A stretch of 64,000 nucleotides of DNA from an uncultured delta proteobacterium (GTDB lineage: Bacteria > Myxococcota > Myxococcia > Myxococcales > Myxococcaceae), in the NCBI GenBank assembly GCA_963713045.1, contig CAVQKE010000001.1, forward strand, positions 192,001 through 256,000, in the 5' to 3' direction. This document shows, one piece after another, positions 40,721-50,147 of the stretch. Numbering within the stretch: the stretch's first letter is position 1; the number at the start of each line of letters is the position of its first letter. The notes beneath the pieces were generated by a model. That model saw only the letters and a list, made by a program, of their open reading frames with translations. It was not told the DNA's origin and made no database searches. A program made the translations under genes and the position numbers.

Positions 40721-41300
40721 TTTCCACCTCCCACAAGGACATTGAGTTTCGCTGTGAGGGCAGCGGCAATGTTGCTGTCCTATCCCTCCTCGTACCAGGA
40801 GACCTTGCCTTTGCCGTCGAGAATCCACGTCGTGGGAATGGAGCCAAGGGCAAGACCACCGCCAGCGGCTGGCCGCTGGGGTCCACCAAAATGTCCGTAT
40901 AGCCGGGCAAGGTCCTCAGCAGCGCCGGAAAGCGCGTAGCGTCCGGTTCGATGTTGACGGCGTGAATGTGAACCTCTTGGGCGGCAAATTGCCTCCCCGC
41001 GGCGTCCAGCTGGGGAAGCGCCTCCACGCAGGCGCGGCAGGAAGTCCCCCACGCGGTCAACACCACCAGGTGTCCACGGTCGTCCGACTGCGCCCACCAG
41101 AGGCCGGTCGGCCACTCCATAAAGGACAGCGGGTCCGTGGGCAGGGGTTGTGGCTGCGGTTCTTCCGGCGCCCCGCCCATGACATCGGTGGTGATGGACA
41201 TCCCGAACATGCCACCACTGCTGCCCGCGCCGATGCCCATCCCAACAGACGGCGTACACCCGACAAATAGGGCCAAGGGAACGCAGCCCCACCCTCTCAT
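40717..41300 (-). pseudogene. Second TlpA-like gene with a frameshift (about 40858) and an in-frame TAG (40780-40782)
   Basis: WGTSCRAC; DPSGQPLA continues in another frame as GLALGSIPTTWILDGKG..YEEG*DSNIAAALTAKLNVLVGGGK*. Confidence 0.7.
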
Positions 41301-42766
41301 GGCGTTTCCGGGCTCAGCGCGCGCAGTCGGTCGATGAGCATGGCGTGAAAGCCGCCGAAGCTGCCGTTGGACATGACCAGGACGACGTCGCCGGGACGGA
41401 CGCCTTTGGCCACCTGCTCGACGAGAGCAGCCACTTCATGCTCGGCGTCCGCCTCGATGCCGCGGGCCCGAAGCTCCGCGACCAGACGGGGGACATCCAG
41501 CTCCTCGCCTTCCGGAACCCGGTCATGCCGAGCGGGAATTCGAAGGCTGACTCGGGCCGCACCCTGAAAGGCGGTCGCATACGCCTCCTGGTGTAGCCGC
41601 CGCCGCGAAGTGTTGCTGCGCGGCTCGAAAACAGCCCACAGTCGCCGGCGGGGAAAGCGTCCCAGCATCGCCTGAACGGTTTCACGCACCGCGGTCGGGT
41701 GATGGGCGAAGTCATCAACGACGGCGACGCCGCCGACTTCGGCTCGAAGCTCTTGGCGACGCCGTACGCCAGCGAAACTGGCGAAGCCAGCCTGCGCCTG
41801 CGCCCAGGCCACACCAAGTGCCGAGGCAACCGCCCACGCGCCAACCGCATTCTCCACGTTGTGGAGGCCGGGCACCGTCAGCTCGACTTGCCCCAACCGT
41901 GTTCCGGCTTGGACCAAGGTAAACCGGGTGCCGAGTGGTCCTTGCTCCACCTTCTCCGCCCAGACGTCGGCGCGGATTCCCGGAGCACGTGCGTACAGCG
42001 CACAGCGGCAGCGCGCGGCCCGAAGGACCTCGAGCGCCCGAGGCCAGTGGGCGCTGACGGCGAGGAAGCCGTCCGGAGGGAGCAGCCGGACAAAGGCCTC
42101 GAAGGCCGACTGGTAGTGGTCCTCGTCCCGGTAAATGTCTGCGTGGTCCAACTCCAGGCTGGTCAGCATCGCCGTGCGGGGCCGGTAGTGGAGGAATTTC
42201 GGTCCTTTGTCGAAGTAAGCCGTGTCGTACTCATCGCCTTCGACGACGACGTGCGGGCCACTCCCAATCCGGAAGCTGACGCCACCATTTTGTGCCACTC
42301 CTCCAACGAGAAAGGAGGGTTCGAGGCCGGCGGAGACCAGCAGGTGAGCCACCATTGCCGAGGTGGTGGTTTTCCCGTGGGTTCCTGTGACCACCACCGG
42401 GTGTCGGCCGGCGAGAAAGAGCGAGCCGAATGCGGCCGGGAAGCTCATCTGGGCCAGCCCTCGTTCGCGGACCGCCGCTGCCTCTGGGTTGACGCGGCGG
42501 ATGACGTTGCCCACCACCACCAAGTCGGGTCTTGCCGTGTCGAGGTTTTCCGGGCGATAGGGGGTGAGCACCTCAATCCCCCAGGCGCGCAGCATCTCGC
42601 TCATGGGTGGATACACATCCGCGTCACTGCCGCTGACGGAGTAGCCCTGCGCCTTCAGCATTCCCGCGAAGCTACCCATCCCACTACCGGCGACGCCGAG
42701 GAGATGGACTCGGCGGATGGAGGCCGGAGCGACTTCCCGCAGGACATTGCCGTCGTCAGCACTCAC
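41297..42766 (-). CDS. mpl: Murein peptide ligase (MurC/Mpl family)
   Basis: GVAGSGMG, YPPMS, GTHGKTTT, EGDEYDTAYFDKGPKF, DDFAHHPTA, FEPRSNT. Confidence 0.88.
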   Translation of the reverse strand: MSADDGNVLREVAPASIRRVHLLGVAGSGMGSFAGMLKAQGYSVSGSDADVYPPMSEMLRAWGIEVLTPYRPENLDTARPDLVVVGNVIRRVNPEAAAVRERGLAQMSFPAAFGSLFLAGRHPVVVTGTHGKTTTSAMVAHLLVSAGLEPSFLVGGVAQNGGVSFRIGSGPHVVVEGDEYDTAYFDKGPKFLHYRPRTAMLTSLELDHADIYRDEDHYQSAFEAFVRLLPPDGFLAVSAHWPRALEVLRAARCRCALYARAPGIRADVWAEKVEQGPLGTRFTLVQAGTRLGQVELTVPGLHNVENAVGAWAVASALGVAWAQAQAGFASFAGVRRRQELRAEVGGVAVVDDFAHHPTAVRETVQAMLGRFPRRRLWAVFEPRSNTSRRRLHQEAYATAFQGAARVSLRIPARHDRVPEGEELDVPRLVAELRARGIEADAEHEVAALVEQVAKGVRPGDVVLVMSNGSFGGFHAMLIDRLRALSPETP

Positions 42767-42777
42767 CGAGGCCCTGT

Positions 42778-43935
42778 TTATTCGAGGCCGAGCGCCACCA
42801 CCACCCGGTCATGAAAGCGAGGGCGAAACGCTTGGATGCCTACATTGTCGCGGCCGGTCGCGGTGCGGTTGGTGACCAGGGCCACCACCAAGTCACGCCC
42901 CCGGTCTACCCACAAGCTTGTCCCGGTGAAGCCCAAGTGTCCAAAAGCGCCAGGCGGGCTGTTGCCGAGGTGCGTGCCGGCCGACGAGGCGTACGGCGAA
43001 GGCGTGTCGAAACCGAGCCCGTGCATGCCCCCCGGAAGGGGCGAAACCGCACGCTCCCACAGACGCGCCGGTGCAATTCGGCCAGCCCCGGAGAGTTCAT
43101 CCAGCACCGCTTGGCCGAAGCGCGCGACATCCTCCGCATTGCCGAAGAGGCCCGCATGTCCGGCCACACCGTCGAGAATCCATGCGTTGTCGTCGTCCAC
43201 TTCTCCGGGCCTTGACGGCAGAGGCTCGATTCCCGCCCAGTCGTACCCTTGGCCCGGAGCCGGCGGACGGGGCCGTACCTGTCCGGTGGCGGGGAGGCCG
43301 TCCCAGTTGCCGGCGCAGGGGTCGCGGTTGTCGTGTCCACGTCCCGAAAGGCGGTGGAAGTGTGCGCCCAACCCAAGGGCCTCACGCACCCTCGTGTCGT
43401 ACAGGGCGTCGAGTGGCTTACCAGCAAGGCCTGCGAGCATCTCTCCGAGCAGGAGGAAGCCGAGGTCACCGTAGGTCTGCGCGCCCTCCGGTTGAGAGAC
43501 GAGTGGAGTCCGAGCGCTGGCCTCAACCAGTTGCGCGCGGACAGCAAACCGCGTCGCGGTGGGGCAGTCCGGCGAGAGAAGGTCCGGCAGGCGCTGGATG
43601 GGCTCCGAGAAAAGCGGCAGCCAGGTGGGGAGGCCGGAGGTGTGAGTCAAAAGCTGCCCCAACGTGACTCCCGCTTCTGCGGCCGGCGTCCCCGGATGAA
43701 AGCGGGAGACTGGCGTCTCCGGGTTGAGGGAACCGTCCGTCCACGCGCGCAAGAAAAGTGGAACCGTGCAGATGGCCTTGGTGAGACTGGCTAAGTCAAA
43801 AGGCGTGTGCCGCGAGACGCCGCCGGCCACACCGCGGAAGACTGGCTCCCCTTTGCGCCAGACGGAGGCCTGAGCCGACGGAAAGCTACCGTCGCTGACG
43901 CCAGCGTCGAGTAACGCTTGAAGAGAGTCACTCAC
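42778..43935 (-). CDS. Beta-lactamase-related serine hydrolase
   Basis: FDLASLTK (SxxK), LLTHTSGL, GHAGLFG, GHLGFTGTSLW; GTG overlaps the upstream TGA. Confidence 0.85.
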   Translation of the reverse strand: MSDSLQALLDAGVSDGSFPSAQASVWRKGEPVFRGVAGGVSRHTPFDLASLTKAICTVPLFLRAWTDGSLNPETPVSRFHPGTPAAEAGVTLGQLLTHTSGLPTWLPLFSEPIQRLPDLLSPDCPTATRFAVRAQLVEASARTPLVSQPEGAQTYGDLGFLLLGEMLAGLAGKPLDALYDTRVREALGLGAHFHRLSGRGHDNRDPCAGNWDGLPATGQVRPRPPAPGQGYDWAGIEPLPSRPGEVDDDNAWILDGVAGHAGLFGNAEDVARFGQAVLDELSGAGRIAPARLWERAVSPLPGGMHGLGFDTPSPYASSAGTHLGNSPPGAFGHLGFTGTSLWVDRGRDLVVALVTNRTATGRDNVGIQAFRPRFHDRVVVALGLE

Positions 43936-44819
43936 TGGGTTGCCGCCTCCAGCGGCGTCAGGGTCCCTGCTCCGGCGTCGAGGCGCACGCGCGTCCCCAG
44001 CGAGAGAGGCACATTCACCGGACCGTGACCCACCGGGAAACCCACCGCGCACGGAAGCCGGGTCTCCTCGGCCAACGAGCGCAGCACATCGCGAGCGGTG
44101 AAGTCCGCACCGGGACGCTCGCACTGCGTGAAATCGCCAAGCGCGAGGCCCGCCAGCCCGGCCAGAAGTCCTGCGTTCCGCAGATGGGTCCAGAGACGAT
44201 CGACCCGGTACGGTTGCTCGCCGTCGTCCTCGAGCAGGAGAATGGCGCCGCGCGTGTCCGGCAGCCAACTGGTGCCCAAGACTGTTGTCAGCACAGAGAG
44301 GTTTCCACCCAGCAGCGGTCCCTCCGCAATGCCCTCGACGAGCGGCACCGCGCCGCTCAGTGGAGGAGGCATCCCACCCTCCAGGAGGAGGAAGAGCAGG
44401 TCCAGCACCTGCTGGGGCTGTTCCGCGAGTTGGGTGACCACTGGCCCGTGAATGCTCGTCCGGCCATGGGCCTGCAGGGCGGCGTGCAAGACCGTGGCAT
44501 CCGAACAGCCGACCAGCAGCTTGGGGGGGAAGCCGGCCAGGTCCAGCAATGGAAGTAGTCGTCCGGCCCCGCTACCCCCACGGGAGCAGAAGACTGCGCG
44601 CGTGTTTGGGTCAGCCAGGGCCGCTTGGAGCGCCACTGCGCGCACCGCGTCCGGTCCAGCGAGGTAGCGCTCAGCCTCGAGAACGTGCGCGTCCAGGGTA
44701 AGCCGGTAGCGCTCGGCGAGGCGCCCCAGGCCTCGCTCCAGAAGGGCGCGGTCGACCGGACTCGACGGGCTGACGACGGCGACGCGGTCTCCAGGCCGGA
44801 GCGGCGGGGGGCGAAGCAT
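43932..44819 (-). CDS. ldcA: LD-carboxypeptidase (peptidase S66)
   Basis: LRPGDRVAVVSPS, RGGSG, GCSD, GGNLS, LEDDGE, GHG. Confidence 0.85.
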   Translation of the reverse strand: MLRPPPLRPGDRVAVVSPSSPVDRALLERGLGRLAERYRLTLDAHVLEAERYLAGPDAVRAVALQAALADPNTRAVFCSRGGSGAGRLLPLLDLAGFPPKLLVGCSDATVLHAALQAHGRTSIHGPVVTQLAEQPQQVLDLLFLLLEGGMPPPLSGAVPLVEGIAEGPLLGGNLSVLTTVLGTSWLPDTRGAILLLEDDGEQPYRVDRLWTHLRNAGLLAGLAGLALGDFTQCERPGADFTARDVLRSLAEETRLPCAVGFPVGHGPVNVPLSLGTRVRLDAGAGTLTPLEAATQ

Positions 44820-44976
44820 CCAACCCGAGGCTAGCACCGGTAGGGCAGCCGACCATGGAACGGCCGGCGTTTCGCCACCGGCTGCCGGCGTTACCGGATG
44901 GGACTGAATTCCATTTTACAAGCCTCAGCGGTGCAAGCCGCGGGAGGCGCTACCCCTGGGTGAGAAACGACAGACC

Positions 44977-45900
44977 TCACTTCTGTGCATGAGCCTTTGG
45001 GTGAGCCCAGAGAAAGTCGAGCACCGCATCCGGCCAGGCCGGCAGAGCGAAGTTGGGTATGTGAGTTGCCCCGTCCAACCTCCAGTGCTCGACACTGACG
45101 CCAGGCGGGCAGCCCAGGTAAGCGGAGACCGTGGTGTCCTCCGCAGTCGCTCCGCATGTCAGCTGTCGTGCCTTTGCAGAGGTACGCTGTCCGGTGCAAC
45201 CGTCCGCCTTGGCCCAGAACGCAAGCGTCTCGTCGGCCGAGGCATAGGGGCCGAGAAGGCCGACGGCGCCCCCCTCGTAACGAATGAGAGGGTCCGCGGT
45301 GCCATGGACGGTGAGGACGGATACCGGTTGCGTGGGGTGACAGGCGTCCAGAGCCACCGCCCCGGCGAGACTGACGATGGCCGCAATGCGGTCGCTGCGC
45401 TGACACGCCAGCCGGTTGGCCATGAAGGCCCCGTTGGAGTGCCCCACCACGAAGAGACGCCTGTCGTCTGCTTCGAAGGCTTTGGCGACGTCTTGCAGCA
45501 CCGCCGTCAGGTAGGCCACGTCGTTCGGACTCTCCGGGGAAGGGTGAGAGCCGTTGGCCCAGTACAAGGCGCCCCGCGCGTCGGGAGTTCCGTTCGGCTT
45601 CACGAGGATGAAGTTGCGGCGGTCAACGGCGGAGTCCAAGTCGAAATAACGCGCCTGTGATTCGCCATCGCTCGAGTACCCGTGCAGCAGCAGCACCACC
45701 GGGAGTCCGGGCTTGGGCCGGCCAGGCGCGTGTACGCAGTACGTCCGGCCGAGGACCGTGCGCTGCTCGCCGAGGCATGCAGGGTTATCGCCACGCAGAA
45801 TCCCGTTGAAAGCGCAGGGGCGCGCGGGCGCCTGGGCGTCGAGCGCCTCCGCCCAAAGCGTCAAACTGAAGAAGACCAACCAGCTGCCAGGGAGCCTCAT
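44977..45900 (-). CDS. Secreted LpqC/PHB-depolymerase-like esterase
   Basis: Signal peptide, LLHG, GHSNGAFMA, HGTAD, H near the C-terminus. Confidence 0.82.
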   Translation of the reverse strand: MRLPGSWLVFFSLTLWAEALDAQAPARPCAFNGILRGDNPACLGEQRTVLGRTYCVHAPGRPKPGLPVVLLLHGYSSDGESQARYFDLDSAVDRRNFILVKPNGTPDARGALYWANGSHPSPESPNDVAYLTAVLQDVAKAFEADDRRLFVVGHSNGAFMANRLACQRSDRIAAIVSLAGAVALDACHPTQPVSVLTVHGTADPLIRYEGGAVGLLGPYASADETLAFWAKADGCTGQRTSAKARQLTCGATAEDTTVSAYLGCPPGVSVEHWRLDGATHIPNFALPAWPDAVLDFLWAHPKAHAQK

Positions 45901-45947
45901 CCCTCTCCTCCGTTCCGCGTCCGAGGATGCTAGATGGGCTGACGGCC

Positions 45948-47258
45948 ATGGAATTGCTGCCTCACCTCGACGCGGGTTCGGGGAATCCACTGCTGCTGTT
46001 GCATGGCTTCGGGATGGACGCTCGCACCTGGGCAGGTCAAGCCCGTGCGCTCCAGCACTGCTGCCGCGTTCTTGTCCCAGACCTGCCCGGCTTTGGTCCG
46101 ACGGGTGCCGAGGTTGGCCAAGCGTCTCCGAGTGAAGAGCTTTTTCGGCTCCTCGAAGCCAAGGGGGTCGGCCCGGTGCACCTGGTGGGCTTGTCGCTGG
46201 GCGGCGCGGTCGCGGTGGACTTCGCGCTTTCACACCCAGAGGCAATTCGGTCGCTGGTCCTCATCGACCCGCTGTTGCTGGGAGAACGCCTAGGGATTGA
46301 GTCCTGGGACAGCTGCGTCGAGAAAGCGAAACGGGGGGACGTTCCCGGCGCGCGTCAGGCGTGGCTGAGGAGCGAGCCGTTTGCGCGCGTCTTCGCCAAT
46401 CCCGAGACTCGGACCATCGCCCGCCAAATGGTAGAGGACTACAAAGGAGGCCACTGGCGGGGGACCTTCAAAATGGTGTGGCGACAACCGACGCCGCGAC
46501 CCTTGCTCAGCAGCGTTCAATGTCCGGCTTTGGTCGTGGTGGGCGAGCAGGACCTTCCCAGCTTCCAGGCCATGGCGAGAATCTACGCCGCCAATCTCCC
46601 TGGGGCGCGACTCGAGATGCTTGCCGGATTGGGCCACCTCACTCCGCTGGAAGCACCCGAGCGCGTGAACCGGTTGCTCCTCGACTTTTTGAAGGCAGAA
46701 GGCGCTTGTGCCGCACCGCTCCCAAGCTCTCCGCGACTCACCTTCCGGACGTGGACGCCACAAGACGGAGGGCTCGCACTGAAGGTTTGGGGAGACGCCC
46801 GCGTCACGTCATTTGTGCTGGCCCAGCCCTTCAACCAAGCCCAAGTGCAGGAACGCCTCCGACAGGAGATTGAGCGGCAGACAAGACACGGGATGCAGTA
46901 CAGCCCAATGTTTCTTCGGACCACGGGGGAATTGGTGGGCTGCTGCGGTCTGCGCCCGCGCCCTTCCACCGCCGGCGTTCTCGAGCTCGGGTTTCTGTTG
47001 CGCCCAGGGTGTTGGGGACAGGGCCTAGCCACCGAGGCCGCCCAAGCCACCGCGGCGCACGCGTTCGATGTGCTCGGTGCTGCCGCACTCTTCGCCGGTC
47101 ACCACCCAGAGAACACCGGCTCGCGCCACGTCCTCCTCAAGCTCGGCTTTCGACAGACGCACCTCGAGCAATACCCGGGCACAGGCCTCGAGCATCCATC
47201 CTACCTCTTGAGCAAGAGCGACTTTCGACGGCCCATGCCCTCACCCGAGACCGTCTAG
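45948..47258 (+). CDS. Alpha/beta hydrolase fused to a RimJ/RimL-type GNAT acetyltransferase
   Basis: LLHGF, GLSLGG, GEQD, GH; then RLTFR, WGQGLATEAA, HHPENTGSRHVLLKLGF. Confidence 0.82.
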   Translation: MELLPHLDAGSGNPLLLLHGFGMDARTWAGQARALQHCCRVLVPDLPGFGPTGAEVGQASPSEELFRLLEAKGVGPVHLVGLSLGGAVAVDFALSHPEAIRSLVLIDPLLLGERLGIESWDSCVEKAKRGDVPGARQAWLRSEPFARVFANPETRTIARQMVEDYKGGHWRGTFKMVWRQPTPRPLLSSVQCPALVVVGEQDLPSFQAMARIYAANLPGARLEMLAGLGHLTPLEAPERVNRLLLDFLKAEGACAAPLPSSPRLTFRTWTPQDGGLALKVWGDARVTSFVLAQPFNQAQVQERLRQEIERQTRHGMQYSPMFLRTTGELVGCCGLRPRPSTAGVLELGFLLRPGCWGQGLATEAAQATAAHAFDVLGAAALFAGHHPENTGSRHVLLKLGFRQTHLEQYPGTGLEHPSYLLSKSDFRRPMPSPETV

Positions 47259-47353
47259 CTCTGGCTGCACATCCAACGAGAGCGGTTTGGTTCGGGCAGC
47301 TGGAAGGCCATCCCGGCTCGGACTCCGGAGTCGTCCCTCTGCAGGCCAAGCCG

Positions 47354-47382
47354 TTGACATGGGCGAAGTCGGACCCTAAACA
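47354..47382 (+). promoter_or_regulatory. Sigma70-like promoter of tRNA-Asn
   Basis: TTGACA-N17-TAAACA, 11 nt upstream of the tRNA. Confidence 0.6.
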
Positions 47383-47393
47383 CCGCCCTCCAT

Positions 47394-47466
47394 TCCCCGA
47401 TAGCTCAGCTGGTAGAGCGGGTGACTGTTAATCACCATGTCCCAGGTTCGAGTCCTGGTCGGGGAG
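47394..47466 (+). tRNA. tRNA-Asn(GTT), CCA not encoded; integration site
   Basis: TCCCCGA/TCGGGGA acceptor stem, GGTGA-CT GTT AA-TCACC. Confidence 0.95.
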
Positions 47467-47471
47467 CTTAG

Positions 47472-47648
47472 CGCATCGTCTATGTGGACGGGTTCAACCT
47501 CCATTACGGCGCGGTCAAAGACACACCCGGCCTGAAGCGGCTGAGCATCCTTGGTCTTAGCCGGCACTTGCTCGCTGAGCACGACATCATCGGAATCACG
47601 TACTTCTCGCCGGGGAAGCTCTCGGCCGGCTGGCTTCCGCTCGCGTAA
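47472..47648 (+). pseudogene. NYN/LabA (PIN-fold) nuclease 5' remnant
   Basis: RIVYVDGFNLHYGAVKDTPGLKRL...ITYFS, no start codon, early stop. Confidence 0.65.
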
Positions 47649-47754
47649 GGGGCCGTCCGGAAGACCCAGCGCTCGGCGCGCCATGGGGTTCCTTCGCGGT
47701 AACCTCGGCACTATCGCTAGAGCCGTAGGCCTCAATTCGTTTGGCAAGGGCACG

Positions 47755-48630
47755 ATGTCAGCGAACAAGCCACGCCTCCTCGTCACCGGAGCAAGCGGTC
47801 AGCTCGGCCACCTCGTCATCGAACACCTGCGCCGCCTGGACCCCTCTGCCGACATCACGGCAATGGTCCGCACACCACAAGCAGCGGACGAACTGGCGCC
47901 GTTTCGCATCGCGACGCGCATCGGCGATTATACTAATCCCGCGTCGCTCGATGCGGCCCTGGCCAGCATCGAACGGCTACTGCTGATCTCATCGAGCGTC
48001 CTCGGTCAGCGCGCTGCGCACCATAAGAACGTCATCGATGCGGCAACGCGGGCCAAAGTGTCGCTCATCGCTTACACGAGCATCTTGCGGGCTGACAGGT
48101 CGGAGCTGAGCCTCGCTGTCGAACACCTGGCAACCGAGAGGATGTTTCGCGAGAGCGGACTGCCGTTCGTCATACTGCGCAACGGCTGGTACCTGGAGAA
48201 CGATACCGCGATGCTTACGCCTGAGGTAGCGCACGGCGCGATCATCGGCGGCGCGGGCGACGGACGTCTTTCCTCGGCGAGCCGATCGAATTATGCGGAG
48301 GCGGCAGCATTGGTCCTGCTGCGCGGGGCACCCGCCGGTACCGTCTACGAACTCGCCGGCGACGAGGCGTTCACGCTGACGCAGCTCGCGGCGGCGGTGA
48401 GCCAAAGAACCGGAAAGACGGTTGCTTATCGGAATATGAGCGAGGCAGATTTCCGCGCGGCGCTTGTCGGCATGGGTCTCCCGGACGCAGTGGCGACAAT
48501 GCTCGCGGACACTAGCGCTGGCACGGCGAAGGGCGCGCTCGAGGACCACGGTCAGGTACTGAGCCGCCTCATCGGCCATTCAACGACCTCGCTTGCCGAT
48601 GCCGTAGCCGCTGTGGTGCAAAGTGGTTAA
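47755..48630 (+). CDS. NmrA/QOR2-like NAD(P)H oxidoreductase
   Basis: LVTGASGQLG, GDYTNP, LRNGWYLEN, YELAGD. Confidence 0.88.
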   Translation: MSANKPRLLVTGASGQLGHLVIEHLRRLDPSADITAMVRTPQAADELAPFRIATRIGDYTNPASLDAALASIERLLLISSSVLGQRAAHHKNVIDAATRAKVSLIAYTSILRADRSELSLAVEHLATERMFRESGLPFVILRNGWYLENDTAMLTPEVAHGAIIGGAGDGRLSSASRSNYAEAAALVLLRGAPAGTVYELAGDEAFTLTQLAAAVSQRTGKTVAYRNMSEADFRAALVGMGLPDAVATMLADTSAGTAKGALEDHGQVLSRLIGHSTTSLADAVAAVVQSG

Positions 48631-49069
48631 CGGGCATGCGTTCCTGCTGTGGCTTCACATCGGCGCGATGATGATTGCGTTCGCGGGGTTGCCGATTGCC
48701 GGAATCATCTTTCGGGTCATCGCGGTGCACGTAGACGAGCAACGGGTGTTTCAGCTGCTGGCCACCGCCTTTAGTCGCATCTTCGCAGCCGGCGGCGTAT
48801 CTGTCGGGGTAGGAGTGGTATCCGGTCTGTTGCTTGCGCGCCCATTCGGATACGCGTCTGGCTGGCTCGTGCTGTCCTATGTGCTTGCAACAATCGCGGC
48901 GCTCATCGGCATTCTGATCGACGAACGATGGTCGCGACGTCTCGCCTCTTCGGACCGCCAACATCTACCGCTCGTCCGCAGTGCATTGTTGCCACGTCTC
49001 GCCGCTCCACTCGGGATCGCCCTTTGGCTCTCCATTCTCTGGCTTATGATTGCCAAGCCGTCCCTATGA
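48623..49069 (+). CDS. DUF2269-like membrane protein
   Basis: Four TM segments, LHI near the start, C-terminal LMIAKP. Confidence 0.65.
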   Translation: MVNGHAFLLWLHIGAMMIAFAGLPIAGIIFRVIAVHVDEQRVFQLLATAFSRIFAAGGVSVGVGVVSGLLLARPFGYASGWLVLSYVLATIAALIGILIDERWSRRLASSDRQHLPLVRSALLPRLAAPLGIALWLSILWLMIAKPSL

Positions 49070-49294
49070 ATGCTGCAGCAAAGTCGCCGCTTATCGAATC
49101 GCGGAATCCGAACATAATCGCGATCGATGCCATCGGGACCTCCGGGCCGGAAGCCCGAGCCCCGAGGAGGCGCAGGGCTTCTTCGCAATAGGCAACGTCC
49201 CCGGCGGTGAAGGCTGCGTCCGTAATTTCGAAGCTCACGGCACCGCCTTCGACGTCGAAGTCTCGATGCGGACCATTGGGGCGAGGACAACGCG

Positions 49295-49444
49295 ATGATG
49301 GCCATGACGAATAAGGTGGCCATCGTAATGGGCGGCGCGATGGGCATCGGCGCGGCCATCGCCGAGCGACTGGCCAAGGAGGGCGCCTTTGTCTTCCTGA
49401 CAGGCCGACGCGCGGCTGACGTCGAAGGGACGGCCGTTCAGTGA
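49295..49444 (+). pseudogene. SDR N-terminal remnant
   Basis: NKVAIVMGGAMGIGAAIAERLAKEGAFVFLTGRR then stop. Confidence 0.65.
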
Positions 49445-49506
49445 AACGCCTCGCCTTGCGCGAGTTGGGCAAGCATCGCAGCGATTCTCTTCGCCCGCGC
49501 CCGTGA

Positions 49507-50067
49507 TCAGGAGCGGATTGACCCCCTTGTCAGGATGGCGCTCGCGATAATGTGAAAGAGATAATCGGCCCGCGGCGCGAATGAGGGTTGGCCGACCGCC
49601 CAGCCGAGCGCCGACATCAGGGCAAACAGGTCCTCCCCATCCATATCGGCGCGCGCCGTTCCCTCGGCCTGAGCACGGGCGAGTAGTCGCGCGCCCGCTG
49701 AGTGCAGCGTTGTACTTGAAGCGTAAAGCGCGGAGTCCGGGTCCGCGTGGGCGCTCGCCATCAAGGCGCAAACGCCGCCATAGCTTTGGACGAACGCCAC
49801 CCCTTCGCGAAACCAGCACACGAGCGCTTCGTCCGGTGGCTTCGACGTTTCGAGCTCGGCTGCCTTCTGCGTCAGAGCGTCCGCCTTCGTACGCAGCAAC
49901 TCTTCGAACAAGGCCTCTCGCGTCGGGAAATGACGAAGCAATGTGGCCAACCCGACGTCGGCCCGACGGGCGATATCTCGCATGGACGCATCGGCACCAT
50001 GCCTGGTGACGACGTCACGCGCGACTGCAAGCAGGTGGCTGTGATTTTTCCTGGCGTCGGCTCGCAT
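49507..50067 (-). CDS. TetR-family regulator
   Basis: MRADARKN..LLAVA, IARRADVGLATLLRHFPTREAL. Confidence 0.9.
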   Translation of the reverse strand: MRADARKNHSHLLAVARDVVTRHGADASMRDIARRADVGLATLLRHFPTREALFEELLRTKADALTQKAAELETSKPPDEALVCWFREGVAFVQSYGGVCALMASAHADPDSALYASSTTLHSAGARLLARAQAEGTARADMDGEDLFALMSALGWAVGQPSFAPRADYLFHIIASAILTRGSIRS

Positions 50068-50075
50068 CGGTTGCC

Positions 50076-50119
50076 TTGACAAATGGAGCACTGAACCGTA
50101 TATCCGGGTCAGTGATCCA
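50076..50119 (+). promoter_or_regulatory. Promoter of the SDR operon overlapped by a palindromic operator
   Basis: TTGACA-N17-TATATC; inverted repeat TGGAGCACTGAACCG / CGGGTCAGTGATCCA (13/15). Confidence 0.65.
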
Positions 50120-50147
50120 CAAGATACACCCCAAAAGGTGAACAGTC

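Noticed and set aside
40780..40782. Amber recoding (pyrrolysine or readthrough) in the TlpA-like gene
   Set aside because: The same gene also has a frameshift and no pyl genes are present; decay or sequence error is simpler.
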